This document shows positions 16,326-24,000 of a DNA stretch of 24,000 nt, piece by piece. This stretch comes from Terriglobia bacterium. GTDB lineage: Bacteria; Acidobacteriota; Terriglobia; Terriglobales; Acidobacteriaceae. Both the position numbers and the translations under genes were made by a program. The stretch's first letter is position 1. Each line of letters begins with the position of its first letter. Under the pieces are notes generated by a model. That model was not told the origin of the DNA. It ran no database searches and worked only from the letters and a program-made list of their open reading frames with translations. The stretch is taken from contig CAVWSP010000017.1 in the NCBI GenBank assembly GCA_963757835.1, positions 37,671-61,670 on the forward strand, in the 5' to 3' direction.

Positions 16326-16838
16326 ATGTCCGAAAATGAATTAACGGAGCCCTGGCTTCGCGGTTCGTTGCTGGAAATCCCGGCGGTGCAGCGCGCAGTG
16401 GTGCATGCGCTCCATCTGGCGAAGGAAGACTTGCAACGCTGGTGCGGCGGTTTGAGCGATGAGCAGATCAATGAGCGTCCGGGCGGGCTGCCGCCGGTGG
16501 CGTTTCATTTGCGCCACATTGCCAGGAGCCTGGACCGTTTGCTTACCTACGCCGAAGGACGAGATTTGAACGATGAGCAGTTGAGCGCCAGGCAGGCGGA
16601 GATGGACCCGGGGACGACGCGCGAAAAACTCTTTGCGGAGCTGAACGCGGCGTTGGCGATGAGCGAGGGCCGGATCCGGGCGGTTGATTCGGATTCGCTG
16701 GAACAGGGCCGGACGGTAGGCCGCAAGCACTCGCCCACGACTCTCGGCGGGTTGCTGGTGCATGTCGCTGATCACACCCAGCGTCACGTGGGACAGGCTG
16801 TCACGACTGCCAAACTTGTTTCGATGGTTGCCGATTGA
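16326..16838 (+). CDS. DinB-family (DinB_2/DUF664-like four-helix-bundle) protein
   Basis: Conserved His positions in AFHLRHIARSLDRLL and LLVHVADHTQRHVGQAV are typical of the DinB superfamily. GAGGTG lies upstream. Confidence 0.7.
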   Translation: MSENELTEPWLRGSLLEIPAVQRAVVHALHLAKEDLQRWCGGLSDEQINERPGGLPPVAFHLRHIARSLDRLLTYAEGRDLNDEQLSARQAEMDPGTTREKLFAELNAALAMSEGRIRAVDSDSLEQGRTVGRKHSPTTLGGLLVHVADHTQRHVGQAVTTAKLVSMVAD

Positions 16839-16840
16839 GT

Positions 16841-16864
16841 AACCCGCGGCTTACGCCGCGGGTT
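16841..16864. terminator. hairpin between convergent dinB and the Q-rich gene (terminator-like, no U tract)
   Basis: aacccgcggc-ttac-gccgcgggtt forms a perfect 10-bp stem. There is no T-run on either strand, so terminator function is only suggested. Confidence 0.35.
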
Positions 16865-16891
16865 CACTCGTCACCGCGCAGTGCTCAATTC

Positions 16892-16935
16892 AAAGTCAAC
16901 ATCAAAGGCGTCGGACAGGAGTGTCCGACCCACAC
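16892..16935 (+). repeat. E1 palindromic repeat, single copy
   Basis: aaagtcaacatcaaaggcgtcggacaggagtgtccgacccacac. Confidence 0.85.
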
Positions 16936-16946
16936 GTTCCTTCTTT

Positions 16947-18200
16947 CTAGTGCAGCGACTGCAGATTGAGAATCAGTGACAGCACGTTGCCCAGGACACT
17001 GTACGAGCCATTGGAATAGGCACCGTACTGGTAGCGGTTGTAGTAGCCGTCTTCGTACCCGCGCTGAAAACCCTGGCGGAAATAGTAGTTATAGTCAGCC
17101 TGGTCCACGTAGTAGCCACTGTAGCCGAAGTTCGCGTCCTGATAGGCGAAACTGTCCTCGTAATCGGCGCGCCAGTGGTCTTCCCGGTCGGCGGCTCCGG
17201 CCCGGAAGCCTTCGCGGTAGCCGTTGTTCACAGCCTCCCGCAGCAAGTCCGCCCCGTACTGATTGACTTCATAGTACGAGCCACCCCGGTTATAGCGATA
17301 AATCGGGGCGGTATAGAAGTAGGGATCGTTGTCGTAGTCGTGATGCTCGCGCCGCAGGCGTTCATCCTGCTGGCGCTCGCGCTCATAGTATTCCTGCTGA
17401 AAGCGGTATTGCGCCATGCGCCGCTGCTGTTGCAGGGCGGCACCCCGCTGCTGGCCGATGCGTTCCTGCTGGTCCAGATGCTGGCGGTACTGCGTAACCC
17501 GCTGTTGTTGCTGCCGGATCAGTTCCTGCTGGCGCTGTTGCGAAAGCCGTTGCTGGTTGAGGTGCGACTGCTCCTGCGCCTGGTGTTGCTGCTGCTGGTT
17601 CAGCTGTCTTTGCCGCTCCTGTTCCTGGCGCTGCTGCTGATTCTGCACCTGCTGCTGTTGCGCATGCTCTCGCTGTTGCGCCTGCTCTTTTTGACGTTGC
17701 TGCTGCATCTGCTCATTCTGGTGCTGCTGCTGCTGGGCGTGCTCCTGCTGCTGGCGAGCGCGTTCCTGCTGGGCATGCTGTTGCTGCTGCATCTGCTCAT
17801 TCTGGTGCTGCTGCTGCTGGGCGTGCTCCTGCTGCTGGCGAGCGCGTTCCTGCTGGGCATGCTGTTGCTGCTGCATCTGCTCATTCTGGTGCTGCTGCTG
17901 CTGGGCGTGCTCCTGCTGCTGGCGAGCGCGTTCCTGCTGGGCATGCTGTTGCTGCTGCATCTGCTCATTCTGGTGCTGCTGCTGTTGGGCGTGCTCCTGC
18001 TGCTGGCGCTCTTGTTCCTGGCGCTGGTTGCCCTGTTCCCGCTCCTGCTGCGGCTTGGGTTGGGGATGCGCTTCAGGCCTGGCCGTCTTCTCAGGCTTCG
18101 ATTCTTTCTCGTCCTGGTGATCTTGCTGCGAGTAGAGCGGAACACTGACTCCCAAAAACAGGAACAGAACCGTCGTAAGGCCTGCGCCGAATCTTTTCAT
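16947..18200 (-). CDS. secreted Gln/His/Glu-rich tandem-repeat protein with Tyr/Gly/Asn/Asp-rich C-terminal domain (no family recognised)
   Basis: GGAGGA lies 4 nt upstream of the ATG. Signal peptide MKRFGAGLTTVLFLFLGVSVPLYS. The 28-aa unit EHAQQQQHQNEQMQQQQHAQQERARQQQ is repeated, followed by a long Q/R/E region. The C-terminus reads ...NNGYREGFRAGAADRED...YFRQGFQRGYEDGYYNRYQYGAYSNGSY. Confidence 0.8.
   Translation of the reverse strand: MKRFGAGLTTVLFLFLGVSVPLYSQQDHQDEKESKPEKTARPEAHPQPKPQQEREQGNQRQEQERQQQEHAQQQQHQNEQMQQQQHAQQERARQQQEHAQQQQHQNEQMQQQQHAQQERARQQQEHAQQQQHQNEQMQQQQHAQQERARQQQEHAQQQQHQNEQMQQQRQKEQAQQREHAQQQQVQNQQQRQEQERQRQLNQQQQHQAQEQSHLNQQRLSQQRQQELIRQQQQRVTQYRQHLDQQERIGQQRGAALQQQRRMAQYRFQQEYYERERQQDERLRREHHDYDNDPYFYTAPIYRYNRGGSYYEVNQYGADLLREAVNNGYREGFRAGAADREDHWRADYEDSFAYQDANFGYSGYYVDQADYNYYFRQGFQRGYEDGYYNRYQYGAYSNGSYSVLGNVLSLILNLQSLH
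17704..18008. repeat. 84-bp tandem repeat, 3 perfect copies plus ~0.6 of a fourth (inside the Q-rich CDS)
   Basis: Units start at 17704, 17788, 17872 and 17956. The first three are identical nucleotide for nucleotide. The fourth has one T/C difference, then diverges after ~50 nt. Confidence 0.95.
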
Positions 18201-18339
18201 AGTTCCTCCACTGCGTTGATTAGATGCCGCAGGGCCCAGCGTGCCGTACGAGTTTACCCGTATTTTGTGAATGGCGCTGCCTTAGAAAGATGGTCGGCGC
18301 AGCCAGCTTTAAGGTTCGGTTCAGACTTCTGTCGGGCAT

Positions 18340-18417
18340 GAACGTTAAAGATGAACGTAAAGAGCGTCGGACAGAGCCTGCCCTGAGCGAAGTCGAAGGG
18401 AGTGTCCGACCCACACA
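18340..18417 (+). repeat. E1 palindromic repeat carrying an E3 element inside its hairpin loop
   Basis: gcgtcggacag-[agcctgccctgagcgaagtcgaaggg]-agtgtccgacccacac. The bracketed 26 nt (18375-18400) are identical to the reverse complement of 23786-23811. Confidence 0.85.
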
Positions 18418-18483
18418 TGCTGAGCTCCGCTTACCCCCGATGGTATGATGCTGGCCGAGCGCGAGCAGCCGGGCCTTGCCCGG

Positions 18484-18516
18484 CTGGACGGGCGAGGGCG
18501 CCCGCCCCTACGTGGG
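18484..18516 (-). repeat. diverged E2-like hairpin repeat
   Basis: ctggacgggcgagggcgcccgcccctacgtggg, compared with canonical ggacagccgagggcggctgtccccacgtgg. Both stem arms are changed in a paired way. Confidence 0.6.
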
Positions 18517-18554
18517 TGGTGGTGGAACGAAGCAATCCGGGAGGATATCGACAC

Positions 18555-19730
18555 ATGTCGGCAAGAACAAGAATTCTGGTTGCACTGTTGGGTTTACTGA
18601 CCGCATCCTCGTTTCTCTCCGCGCAGGAGAAGACGTTGGCCGCTACTCCTCCGATGGGGTGGAACAGCTGGAACAAATTCGCATGCCATGTGAGCGAAGA
18701 CCTGATTCGGCAAATGGCTGATGCCATGGTCAAGTCCGGCATGAAGGACGCCGGGTATCAATACATCGTGATCGACGATTGCTGGCAGGTGGAGCGCGAC
18801 GCCAGCGGCAACATCGTGCCCGATGCCAAGACTTTTCCCTCAGGCATCAAGGCGCTGGCGGATTACGTTCACTCCCGCGGGCTCAAGTTCGGGATCTACT
18901 CGGACGCCGGGGTCAAGACTTGCGCCAAGCGGCCCGGCAGCCTGGGCCATGAATATCAGGACGCGCTGCAGTACGCCGCCTGGGGCGTCGATTACCTGAA
19001 ATACGACTGGTGCAACACTTCCACCCAGGACGCGCAGGCCGCCTACGCGCTGATCCGCAATGCGCTGAATGCCACCGGCCGGCCCATTGTGTTAAGCATC
19101 TGCGAATGGGGCACAGCCAAGCCATGGCTTTGGGGCGAAAGCGTGGGTGGAAATCTTTGGCGCACTACCGGCGACATTCGCGACCAGTGGGAGAGCAAGG
19201 ACAAGCATCACCTCGGCATGCTCGACATCCTCGATCTGCAGAATGGAATCGAGGGCTACGCTGGACCCGGCCACTGGAACGACCCTGACATGCTCGAAGT
19301 GGGCAACGGCGGCATGACCACGGAGGAGTACCGCGCCCACTTCAGCCTGTGGTCCATACTCGCGGCGCCTCTGATTGCAGGTAACGATCTGCACGACATG
19401 AAGCCGGAGATCCACGACATTCTCACCAATAAGGAAGTGATCGCGGTAGATCAGGATCCTCTGGGCAGCGAGGGCCGCCGGGTGCTGAAAGACGGCGACC
19501 TGGAAGTCTGGGCCAAGCAGATGCAGGATGGAAGCCGCACCGTGGTCCTGCTCAATCGCGACACCAGCGAAAAGCAAATCGGCTTCTCCTGGGAAGCTAT
19601 TGGATATCCCAATCACGTGAGTGCCGGCGTGCGTGATCTGTGGAAGGCCAAGGATTTGGGACAGTTCAAAGGAAAGTTCTCCGCCGCGGTTGGGCCGCAT
19701 GCAGTGGTAATGGTTAGAGTCGCACCCTGA
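18555..19730 (+). CDS. secreted alpha-galactosidase, glycoside hydrolase family 27
   Basis: GGGAGGA RBS and signal peptide MSARTRILVALLGLLTASSFLSAQ. Motifs PPMGWNSWNKFAC, YIVIDDCWQ, GLKFGIYSDAG, VDYLKYDWC (nucleophile motif), WNDPDMLEVGN (acid/base motif). Confidence 0.93.
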   Translation: MSARTRILVALLGLLTASSFLSAQEKTLAATPPMGWNSWNKFACHVSEDLIRQMADAMVKSGMKDAGYQYIVIDDCWQVERDASGNIVPDAKTFPSGIKALADYVHSRGLKFGIYSDAGVKTCAKRPGSLGHEYQDALQYAAWGVDYLKYDWCNTSTQDAQAAYALIRNALNATGRPIVLSICEWGTAKPWLWGESVGGNLWRTTGDIRDQWESKDKHHLGMLDILDLQNGIEGYAGPGHWNDPDMLEVGNGGMTTEEYRAHFSLWSILAAPLIAGNDLHDMKPEIHDILTNKEVIAVDQDPLGSEGRRVLKDGDLEVWAKQMQDGSRTVVLLNRDTSEKQIGFSWEAIGYPNHVSAGVRDLWKAKDLGQFKGKFSAAVGPHAVVMVRVAP

Positions 19731-19775
19731 ACGGTCTCCGATCGACGAAGAACATTTCCGACAACGGACTGAAGG

Positions 19776-19809
19776 GAGAACCGGTTTTCAGTTGCCGGTT
19801 CTCAGTTCT
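19776..19809. repeat. heptad-periodic repeat H9 with hairpin (downstream of the GH27 gene)
   Basis: cggtttt cagttgc cggttct cagttct (19782-19809). gagaaccgg (19776-19784) pairs perfectly with ccggttctc (19795-19803). Confidence 0.7.
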
Positions 19810-19923
19810 CGGGGGCTTGTACAGTACATTCCAAAACCGATTACAGGTTCTTGCCGATGTATCGCTCCGCTTGGGTCAGCTAGCCTTGACTGGCCGTCTA
19901 ATTACGCATTGTGGAGGAATCAT

Positions 19924-20172
19924 ATGAACAAGGACAGAGTAGAAGGCAAAGTCAAGGACATAGCGGGCCGCGCTGAACGGCAGGTTGGAGAATGGACTGG
20001 CGATGAAGAAGCCCAGGTAAAGGGCGCCGCCAAGCAGGTGGAAGGCAAAGTCCAGAATGCCTGGGGGCAAGCGAAAGATGCAGTGAAGAAGTCCAGCACA
20101 AGTGAGGCCGACAAGGACCAGGCCGACCGCGAAGAAGCGGAACGGCAGAGGAAACGCGCGGCCAACGAGTAA
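19924..20172 (+). CDS. CsbD-family stress-response protein with charged C-terminal tail
   Basis: GGAGGA RBS. MNKDRVEGKVKDIAGRAERQVGEWTGDEEAQVKGAAKQVEGKVQNAWGQAKDAVKK is the CsbD repeat pattern. Confidence 0.85.
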   Translation: MNKDRVEGKVKDIAGRAERQVGEWTGDEEAQVKGAAKQVEGKVQNAWGQAKDAVKKSSTSEADKDQADREEAERQRKRAANE

Positions 20173-20186
20173 CCTGAAACCGTTGC

Positions 20187-20217
20187 GGGGGACCTCCCGG
20201 GTCCCCCCTGTTTTTTT
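20187..20217 (+). terminator. rho-independent terminator of the CsbD-like gene (shared spacer with the convergent TBDR gene)
   Basis: gggggacc-tcccg-ggtccccc (8-bp stem), then ctg and T7 (20211-20217). The T-run overlaps the TBDR stop codon (20216-20218). Confidence 0.8.
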
Positions 20218-23200
20218 AGTAAATCAGCTTCAGCGAGAACTGGATCTGCCGCGAGGGTCCGGCAGTCTTGCTGATAATGCCGAAGCCGCTCCCGCGCAGG
20301 ATGTTCGATGGCAGCCCGAAATTCACCAGGTTAAAAACATTAAAAAATTCGGCGCGAAATTCCACCGTGCCCAGTTCGCTGTTTCCGCGGCGGCCGAAGG
20401 GCGTGTCCTTGATCAGCGCGACGTCGTATTGCTGAAAGCCCGGTCCGCGGAAAGTGCTGCGCCCCAGCGTGCCGAAGCGGCCGTGGTTGGGGCCGGTGCC
20501 GCCGGGAACATTTATCGGAATCGAAAAGAATGACGCGTTGTCCCCTCCCCGGCCAAAATAATCCTCGCGCACCGCGCCGCTGGTGGAGAAGTGCGGCTGT
20601 TCCACCAGGTCGGGACGGTCGGCTCCGCCCGCTCCCGCTCCGGTTTGTTGCACTCCGGAATAGACCGTAAACGGCGCGCCGCTGGTCAAGGTGGTGATAT
20701 TCAGGAACTGCCAACCTCGAGTGAGAGTTCGTCCCAGCGGCCGCAGAAAACTTGCACGATCAAAGGGCAGCACCTGGATCACGCTCAGAGTAAAGGAGTG
20801 GGTCGCATCGAACGTTGAGGGGCCTTTTTCGGCGTCCGGGTTCCAGGGATCCTGAGGCATGGTCTGCAGCACCACGCCGGCTCCCGCGATCGAGCCTCCC
20901 AGCACCGCGCTGGTGTCATCTATCGATTTGGAATAGGTGTAGCTGGCTTGCAGGCCGAGGCCCAGGCGCGCGGAATTCTTGCTGACACCGGACTGCAGCG
21001 CATGATAAGTGGAATGCGAGCGGCTGGTCATCACGCTCTCCGGACCAAAGCCTCCGACGGCATTGCCCGATGAATCGAACTGGGTGAAGGGCGCGAACGC
21101 CGGATCGGCCCCGCCATAGCTGTTGGGTGAATAGACGGCGGCCAGGTGCACTCCGGCGGTGGCCACATACGCGGCGGTGAACTTGAAGTCCCTGAAATCG
21201 TGGTCGATGCCGGCCGTGTAGCTCTCGATGTAACCATTGCGGAAGTTTTTTGCCAGCCCGACCATGGAGAGCAACTGCACCTGATTCCCCGGCGTCAGCG
21301 CCGTCAGATCATTCTGGTAGCGTTGCAGGTCCACCTGCGTGTTCGGGGGAACGTGACTGGAATCTCCGTTGGGGAAAAGAAGCTTGCCCGCCGTGGTGTA
21401 GGGAGGCGGAAGGGTCACCGGCACCACCGAATTCTGAAAAGGCAAAGGCACATTGGGCAGCGCGCTGGCGTAGAGGGTGGTCGCGAGGGGAAGCGCACCG
21501 GTAAGAAAATTGTCCTGCCAAAGGTTGGGGACGAGGGACGTGATCGCTCCGCCGGCGTGCAGCATGGTGTGACTGGTGACGGCGTAATCGACCGATAGGC
21601 GCGGTCCGAAGCCCTTCCAGTCCTGGTCATAGGGAGGCTGCGGGTTGAAGTAGAAGGGCTGCTTCGCGTTGTGGTCCCAGTAGGGAACGTCGTGGCCGCC
21701 GGCGTCCACGAATCTGGGCAGCGATGTACGATGCTCGGCCTCGTGGATACGGCTGTTCACCTCGTAGCGCAATCCGTAATTGATGGTCAGGTTCGGCCGG
21801 GCCTTCCAGGTGTCCTGAAAGTAGAAGTTATAGGCCTCGCGGCGGACCGCGGCTTCATTGAAACGATCGCCGGTGGGCGTGACGTCGGCGGCGGCCATGA
21901 CGCCGTACGAATACGGCGTGGCGGTGAGCAGGCCGGTCAGCGAATCGGGCAACGGATCTCCGGGCTGGATATCGTGGGTGCCGCTGGCCGAGGTGATCAG
22001 GACGGGAGAATATGCGGTTCCTCCGCCAAACGTGTACTGGCCGTTGGGATTGGTCCCGAAAATCGTGGCGTCGCGATTGTGCCGGATTTCGACTCCCCAT
22101 TTGAAGAGGTGATTGGAGCGCACGTAGCTCATGTCCTGTTTGAGCTGGTAGAGGTTGCTGTACGATCCGAAAATTGAGCCGCCCGGCTGGTTGAAGGCCT
22201 GAAATAATCCGTCGCCGAAAGTCATCGCCGGCTGGGTGTGATTAATGGCGGGAAAGAATGGCGTGCTGCGAATGTAGCTGAAGGAAGTGTCGGAAAGAAA
22301 GTGCGGAGAAATGGTCCGCGAGTATTTCACGCCGGCGTTGCGCTGGTGATCGAAAAACTGCACTGCAAAACTGGGATCGATTGCCGTCTGATCGGGATTG
22401 GTCAGGGGCCCAGTCACCTGGTTGAGGCTGAACCGGGTCAACAGCGAGGCCTTGTCAGAAATGCGGTGATCGACCCGCACCGAAAACTGGTCGGTGCGGG
22501 TGTAAATCTTGGACGAAGCTGCATAGGTGCGGTCGCCGTAGGCTCCCTTGGGATCGTTGGGCAGGGGATAGTGATCGAGCACCGGGACGATGGCCGAGTT
22601 CACAGGTACGGTCAGGGTGTCGCCGGGAAAAGTCTCGGTGTCGATGCCCTGGCGCTCGGCAGCGGTGGGGACGGGGAACACTTGCGTGGTCCCCAGCACC
22701 TGGCGGAAGCCCTGATACTGGCCGAAATAAAAAGTGCGGTTGCGGCCATCGTAGATTTTCGGCAGCACCACCGGGCCGCCGTTGGTGAAGCCGAATTCAT
22801 TGCGCACAAAGGGAGGAAGGCGGCGCTCGTCAGCGACGCTCTTGTGGTCGAAGTAGTTGCGGGCGTCGAAGGCGGCATTGCGGGCGAATTCGAAGAAGCT
22901 GCCATGCACCTGGTTGGCGCCGGATTTCGTGATCACGTTGGTGTAGCTGGCGGCGCCGTGTCCCATCTCCGCGGTCAGCACTCCGGTATTCGATTGCACT
23001 TCCTGGATGGCATCCACGTTGAAGTTGGAAAAAGTGGCGCCCCCCATTTCCGGATCGGTGGTGTCGAAGCCGTCAAGGGAGAAGACGGTGGCGGTGCCGC
23101 GCTGTCCGTTGACCGCAAATTGCTGGGTAAAGTTGGCGGCGCCGTTGGCGTCGGTCATGGTACCGGCGGCCAGCAGCAGCAATTTGCTGAAGTCGCGGGC

Positions 23201-23638
23201 ATTCAAGGGAAGACTTGATACCTCTCCGCTGGAAAGGCGTTCGCCGCCGCTGGCCTGCGCGGCGGATTCCTCGCCGCCGGGCAGGATGTGGACGTCCGCC
23301 GCCTGGGAAGACAGTTGCAGTGTGCTGGTAAGTGAAGCGCCGTCCGGGATGACGATGGCCTTCGCCAGGGGCCAGGTTTTTCCCGCGCTTTCTACCGAAA
23401 GGTCGTAGCGCCCGGCAACGATCTCAGAGAGGGCGAAGTCTCCGCCGGCGGATGTCGCGGCCTCGTAACGCCGATCTCCGGCTGCCGAGGTCAGCTTGAT
23501 GGTCGCCGCGCTGACGGGTTTTCCGGCATCGTCGCGCAATACTCCGCGCCACGATGACAGGGCAAGAGCGCCGGGCGCTGACATCAAAGTGGCTATGAGG
23601 CACAGGGTATGAAGAGGCTTCCCGAGACGGAAGGACAT
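20216..23638 (-). CDS. TonB-dependent outer-membrane receptor, Oar-like, with N-terminal carboxypeptidase-regulatory-like domain
   Basis: Signal peptide MSFRLGKPLHTLCLIATLMSAPGALA. CarboxypepD_reg-like block GVLRDDAGKPVSAATIKLTS..GDFALSEIVAGRYDLSV. Plug region LPLNARDFSKLLLLAAGT. Long beta-barrel ending ...RQIQFSLKLIY (aromatic C-terminus). Confidence 0.88.
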   Translation of the reverse strand: MSFRLGKPLHTLCLIATLMSAPGALALSSWRGVLRDDAGKPVSAATIKLTSAAGDRRYEAATSAGGDFALSEIVAGRYDLSVESAGKTWPLAKAIVIPDGASLTSTLQLSSQAADVHILPGGEESAAQASGGERLSSGEVSSLPLNARDFSKLLLLAAGTMTDANGAANFTQQFAVNGQRGTATVFSLDGFDTTDPEMGGATFSNFNVDAIQEVQSNTGVLTAEMGHGAASYTNVITKSGANQVHGSFFEFARNAAFDARNYFDHKSVADERRLPPFVRNEFGFTNGGPVVLPKIYDGRNRTFYFGQYQGFRQVLGTTQVFPVPTAAERQGIDTETFPGDTLTVPVNSAIVPVLDHYPLPNDPKGAYGDRTYAASSKIYTRTDQFSVRVDHRISDKASLLTRFSLNQVTGPLTNPDQTAIDPSFAVQFFDHQRNAGVKYSRTISPHFLSDTSFSYIRSTPFFPAINHTQPAMTFGDGLFQAFNQPGGSIFGSYSNLYQLKQDMSYVRSNHLFKWGVEIRHNRDATIFGTNPNGQYTFGGGTAYSPVLITSASGTHDIQPGDPLPDSLTGLLTATPYSYGVMAAADVTPTGDRFNEAAVRREAYNFYFQDTWKARPNLTINYGLRYEVNSRIHEAEHRTSLPRFVDAGGHDVPYWDHNAKQPFYFNPQPPYDQDWKGFGPRLSVDYAVTSHTMLHAGGAITSLVPNLWQDNFLTGALPLATTLYASALPNVPLPFQNSVVPVTLPPPYTTAGKLLFPNGDSSHVPPNTQVDLQRYQNDLTALTPGNQVQLLSMVGLAKNFRNGYIESYTAGIDHDFRDFKFTAAYVATAGVHLAAVYSPNSYGGADPAFAPFTQFDSSGNAVGGFGPESVMTSRSHSTYHALQSGVSKNSARLGLGLQASYTYSKSIDDTSAVLGGSIAGAGVVLQTMPQDPWNPDAEKGPSTFDATHSFTLSVIQVLPFDRASFLRPLGRTLTRGWQFLNITTLTSGAPFTVYSGVQQTGAGAGGADRPDLVEQPHFSTSGAVREDYFGRGGDNASFFSIPINVPGGTGPNHGRFGTLGRSTFRGPGFQQYDVALIKDTPFGRRGNSELGTVEFRAEFFNVFNLVNFGLPSNILRGSGFGIISKTAGPSRQIQFSLKLIY

Positions 23639-23660
23639 TGCAGGGAATTATAGCCGCTGA

Positions 23661-23698
23661 CACACGTGGAGACAGCTGCCCCCGGCTGTCGGTAGTGG
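23661..23698 (+). repeat. E2 palindromic repeat, diverged copy
   Basis: cacacgtggagacagctgcccccggctgtcggtagtgg. Confidence 0.7.
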
Positions 23699-23785
23699 CT
23701 CAATTTGAAAACGTACCTGTCCAGCGGATCTGGCGTGCATCCGCAGCAAGCCAGGGGTAAAGGGTGTATCTGCTTCACGCCAGAT

Positions 23786-23811
23786 CCCTTCGACTTCGCT
23801 CAGGGCAGGCT
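23786..23811 (-). repeat. E3 repeat core
   Basis: cccttcgacttcgctcagggcaggct is the exact reverse complement of 18375-18400. The 7-nt direct repeat cttcacg occurs at 23773-23779 and 23812-23818. Confidence 0.8.
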
Positions 23812-24000
23812 CTTCACGGCCTGAAGGTCGTTCAGGATGACGCCCATGGGTAAGGAGAAGTTCAAACTGAGCCACGATCCGGCTGTCGGGTTCAACGCAG
23901 CTCGACTAGCGTTTTGCGGATGTCCCCATTTGAGATCGGGCATGATGCCGATGCGATATAGTAGCGACTTCAGGTTTGAGCATGGCGCGTCTTCCGCGGT

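Noticed and set aside
17175-18341. 388-aa Leu-rich ORF on the plus strand, opposite the Q-rich gene
   Set aside because: It is the mirror image of CAG/CAA-rich coding, since CTG/TTG give poly-Leu. It has no RBS. The minus-strand ORF has a signal peptide and a GGAGGA RBS.
8357-18417. E1 copies considered as a CRISPR-like array
   Set aside because: Copies are kilobases apart and irregularly spaced. They are strongly palindromic with conserved flanks, present in both orientations, and have no cas genes nearby.
23982-24000. ATG at 23982 (MARLPR...) as the start of a new gene at the window edge
   Set aside because: Only 6 codons are visible, so there is no way to support it.

Overview
GC-rich bacterial chromosomal segment, probably Acidobacteriota. 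That assignment is inferred from an Oar-like TonB-dependent receptor with a carboxypeptidase-regulatory-like N-terminus, the palindromic repeat families and the gene content; no search was run. Positions 1-8300 form a conserved housekeeping block. It holds nadD (partial)-rsfS-rlmH, a 52-codon orphan ORF with a textbook intrinsic terminator, cobO, accD-folC-plsC, and on the minus strand rplU-rpmA-obg behind a good sigma70-type promoter. Positions 8300-24000 are accessory. They encode small exported proteins (SnoaL/NTF2-like, DUF1579-like), a TauE/SafE permease, YtxH-like and CsbD-like stress proteins, and an exported amidohydrolase translationally coupled to a frameshifted clan GH-D alpha-galactosidase-like lipoprotein. 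They also encode a PfkB kinase, tRNA-Arg(UCG), a DinB-family protein, a secreted Gln/His-rich protein with perfect 84-bp tandem repeats, a GH27 alpha-galactosidase and a 1140-aa TonB-dependent receptor. No defence system, CRISPR array, transposase or integrase is visible. The main unexplained structure is non-coding. (1) At least nine intergenic gaps hold in-phase 7-nt-period tandem arrays (unit YRGnnnT, mostly CAGnnnT), usually with a reverse-complement arm giving long hairpins; several run into gene ends or abut start codons. (2) Three palindromic repeat families occur: E1 (GTCGGACA-loop-TGTCCGAC-CCACAC), E2 (CACGTGGGGACAGCCGCCCTCGGCTGTCC...) and E3 (AGCCTGCCCTGAGCGAAGTCGAAGGG). They include REPIN/MITE-like inverted doublets, compensatory stem changes and one nested insertion. 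All family names come from motif recognition by eye and need HMM/BLAST confirmation.
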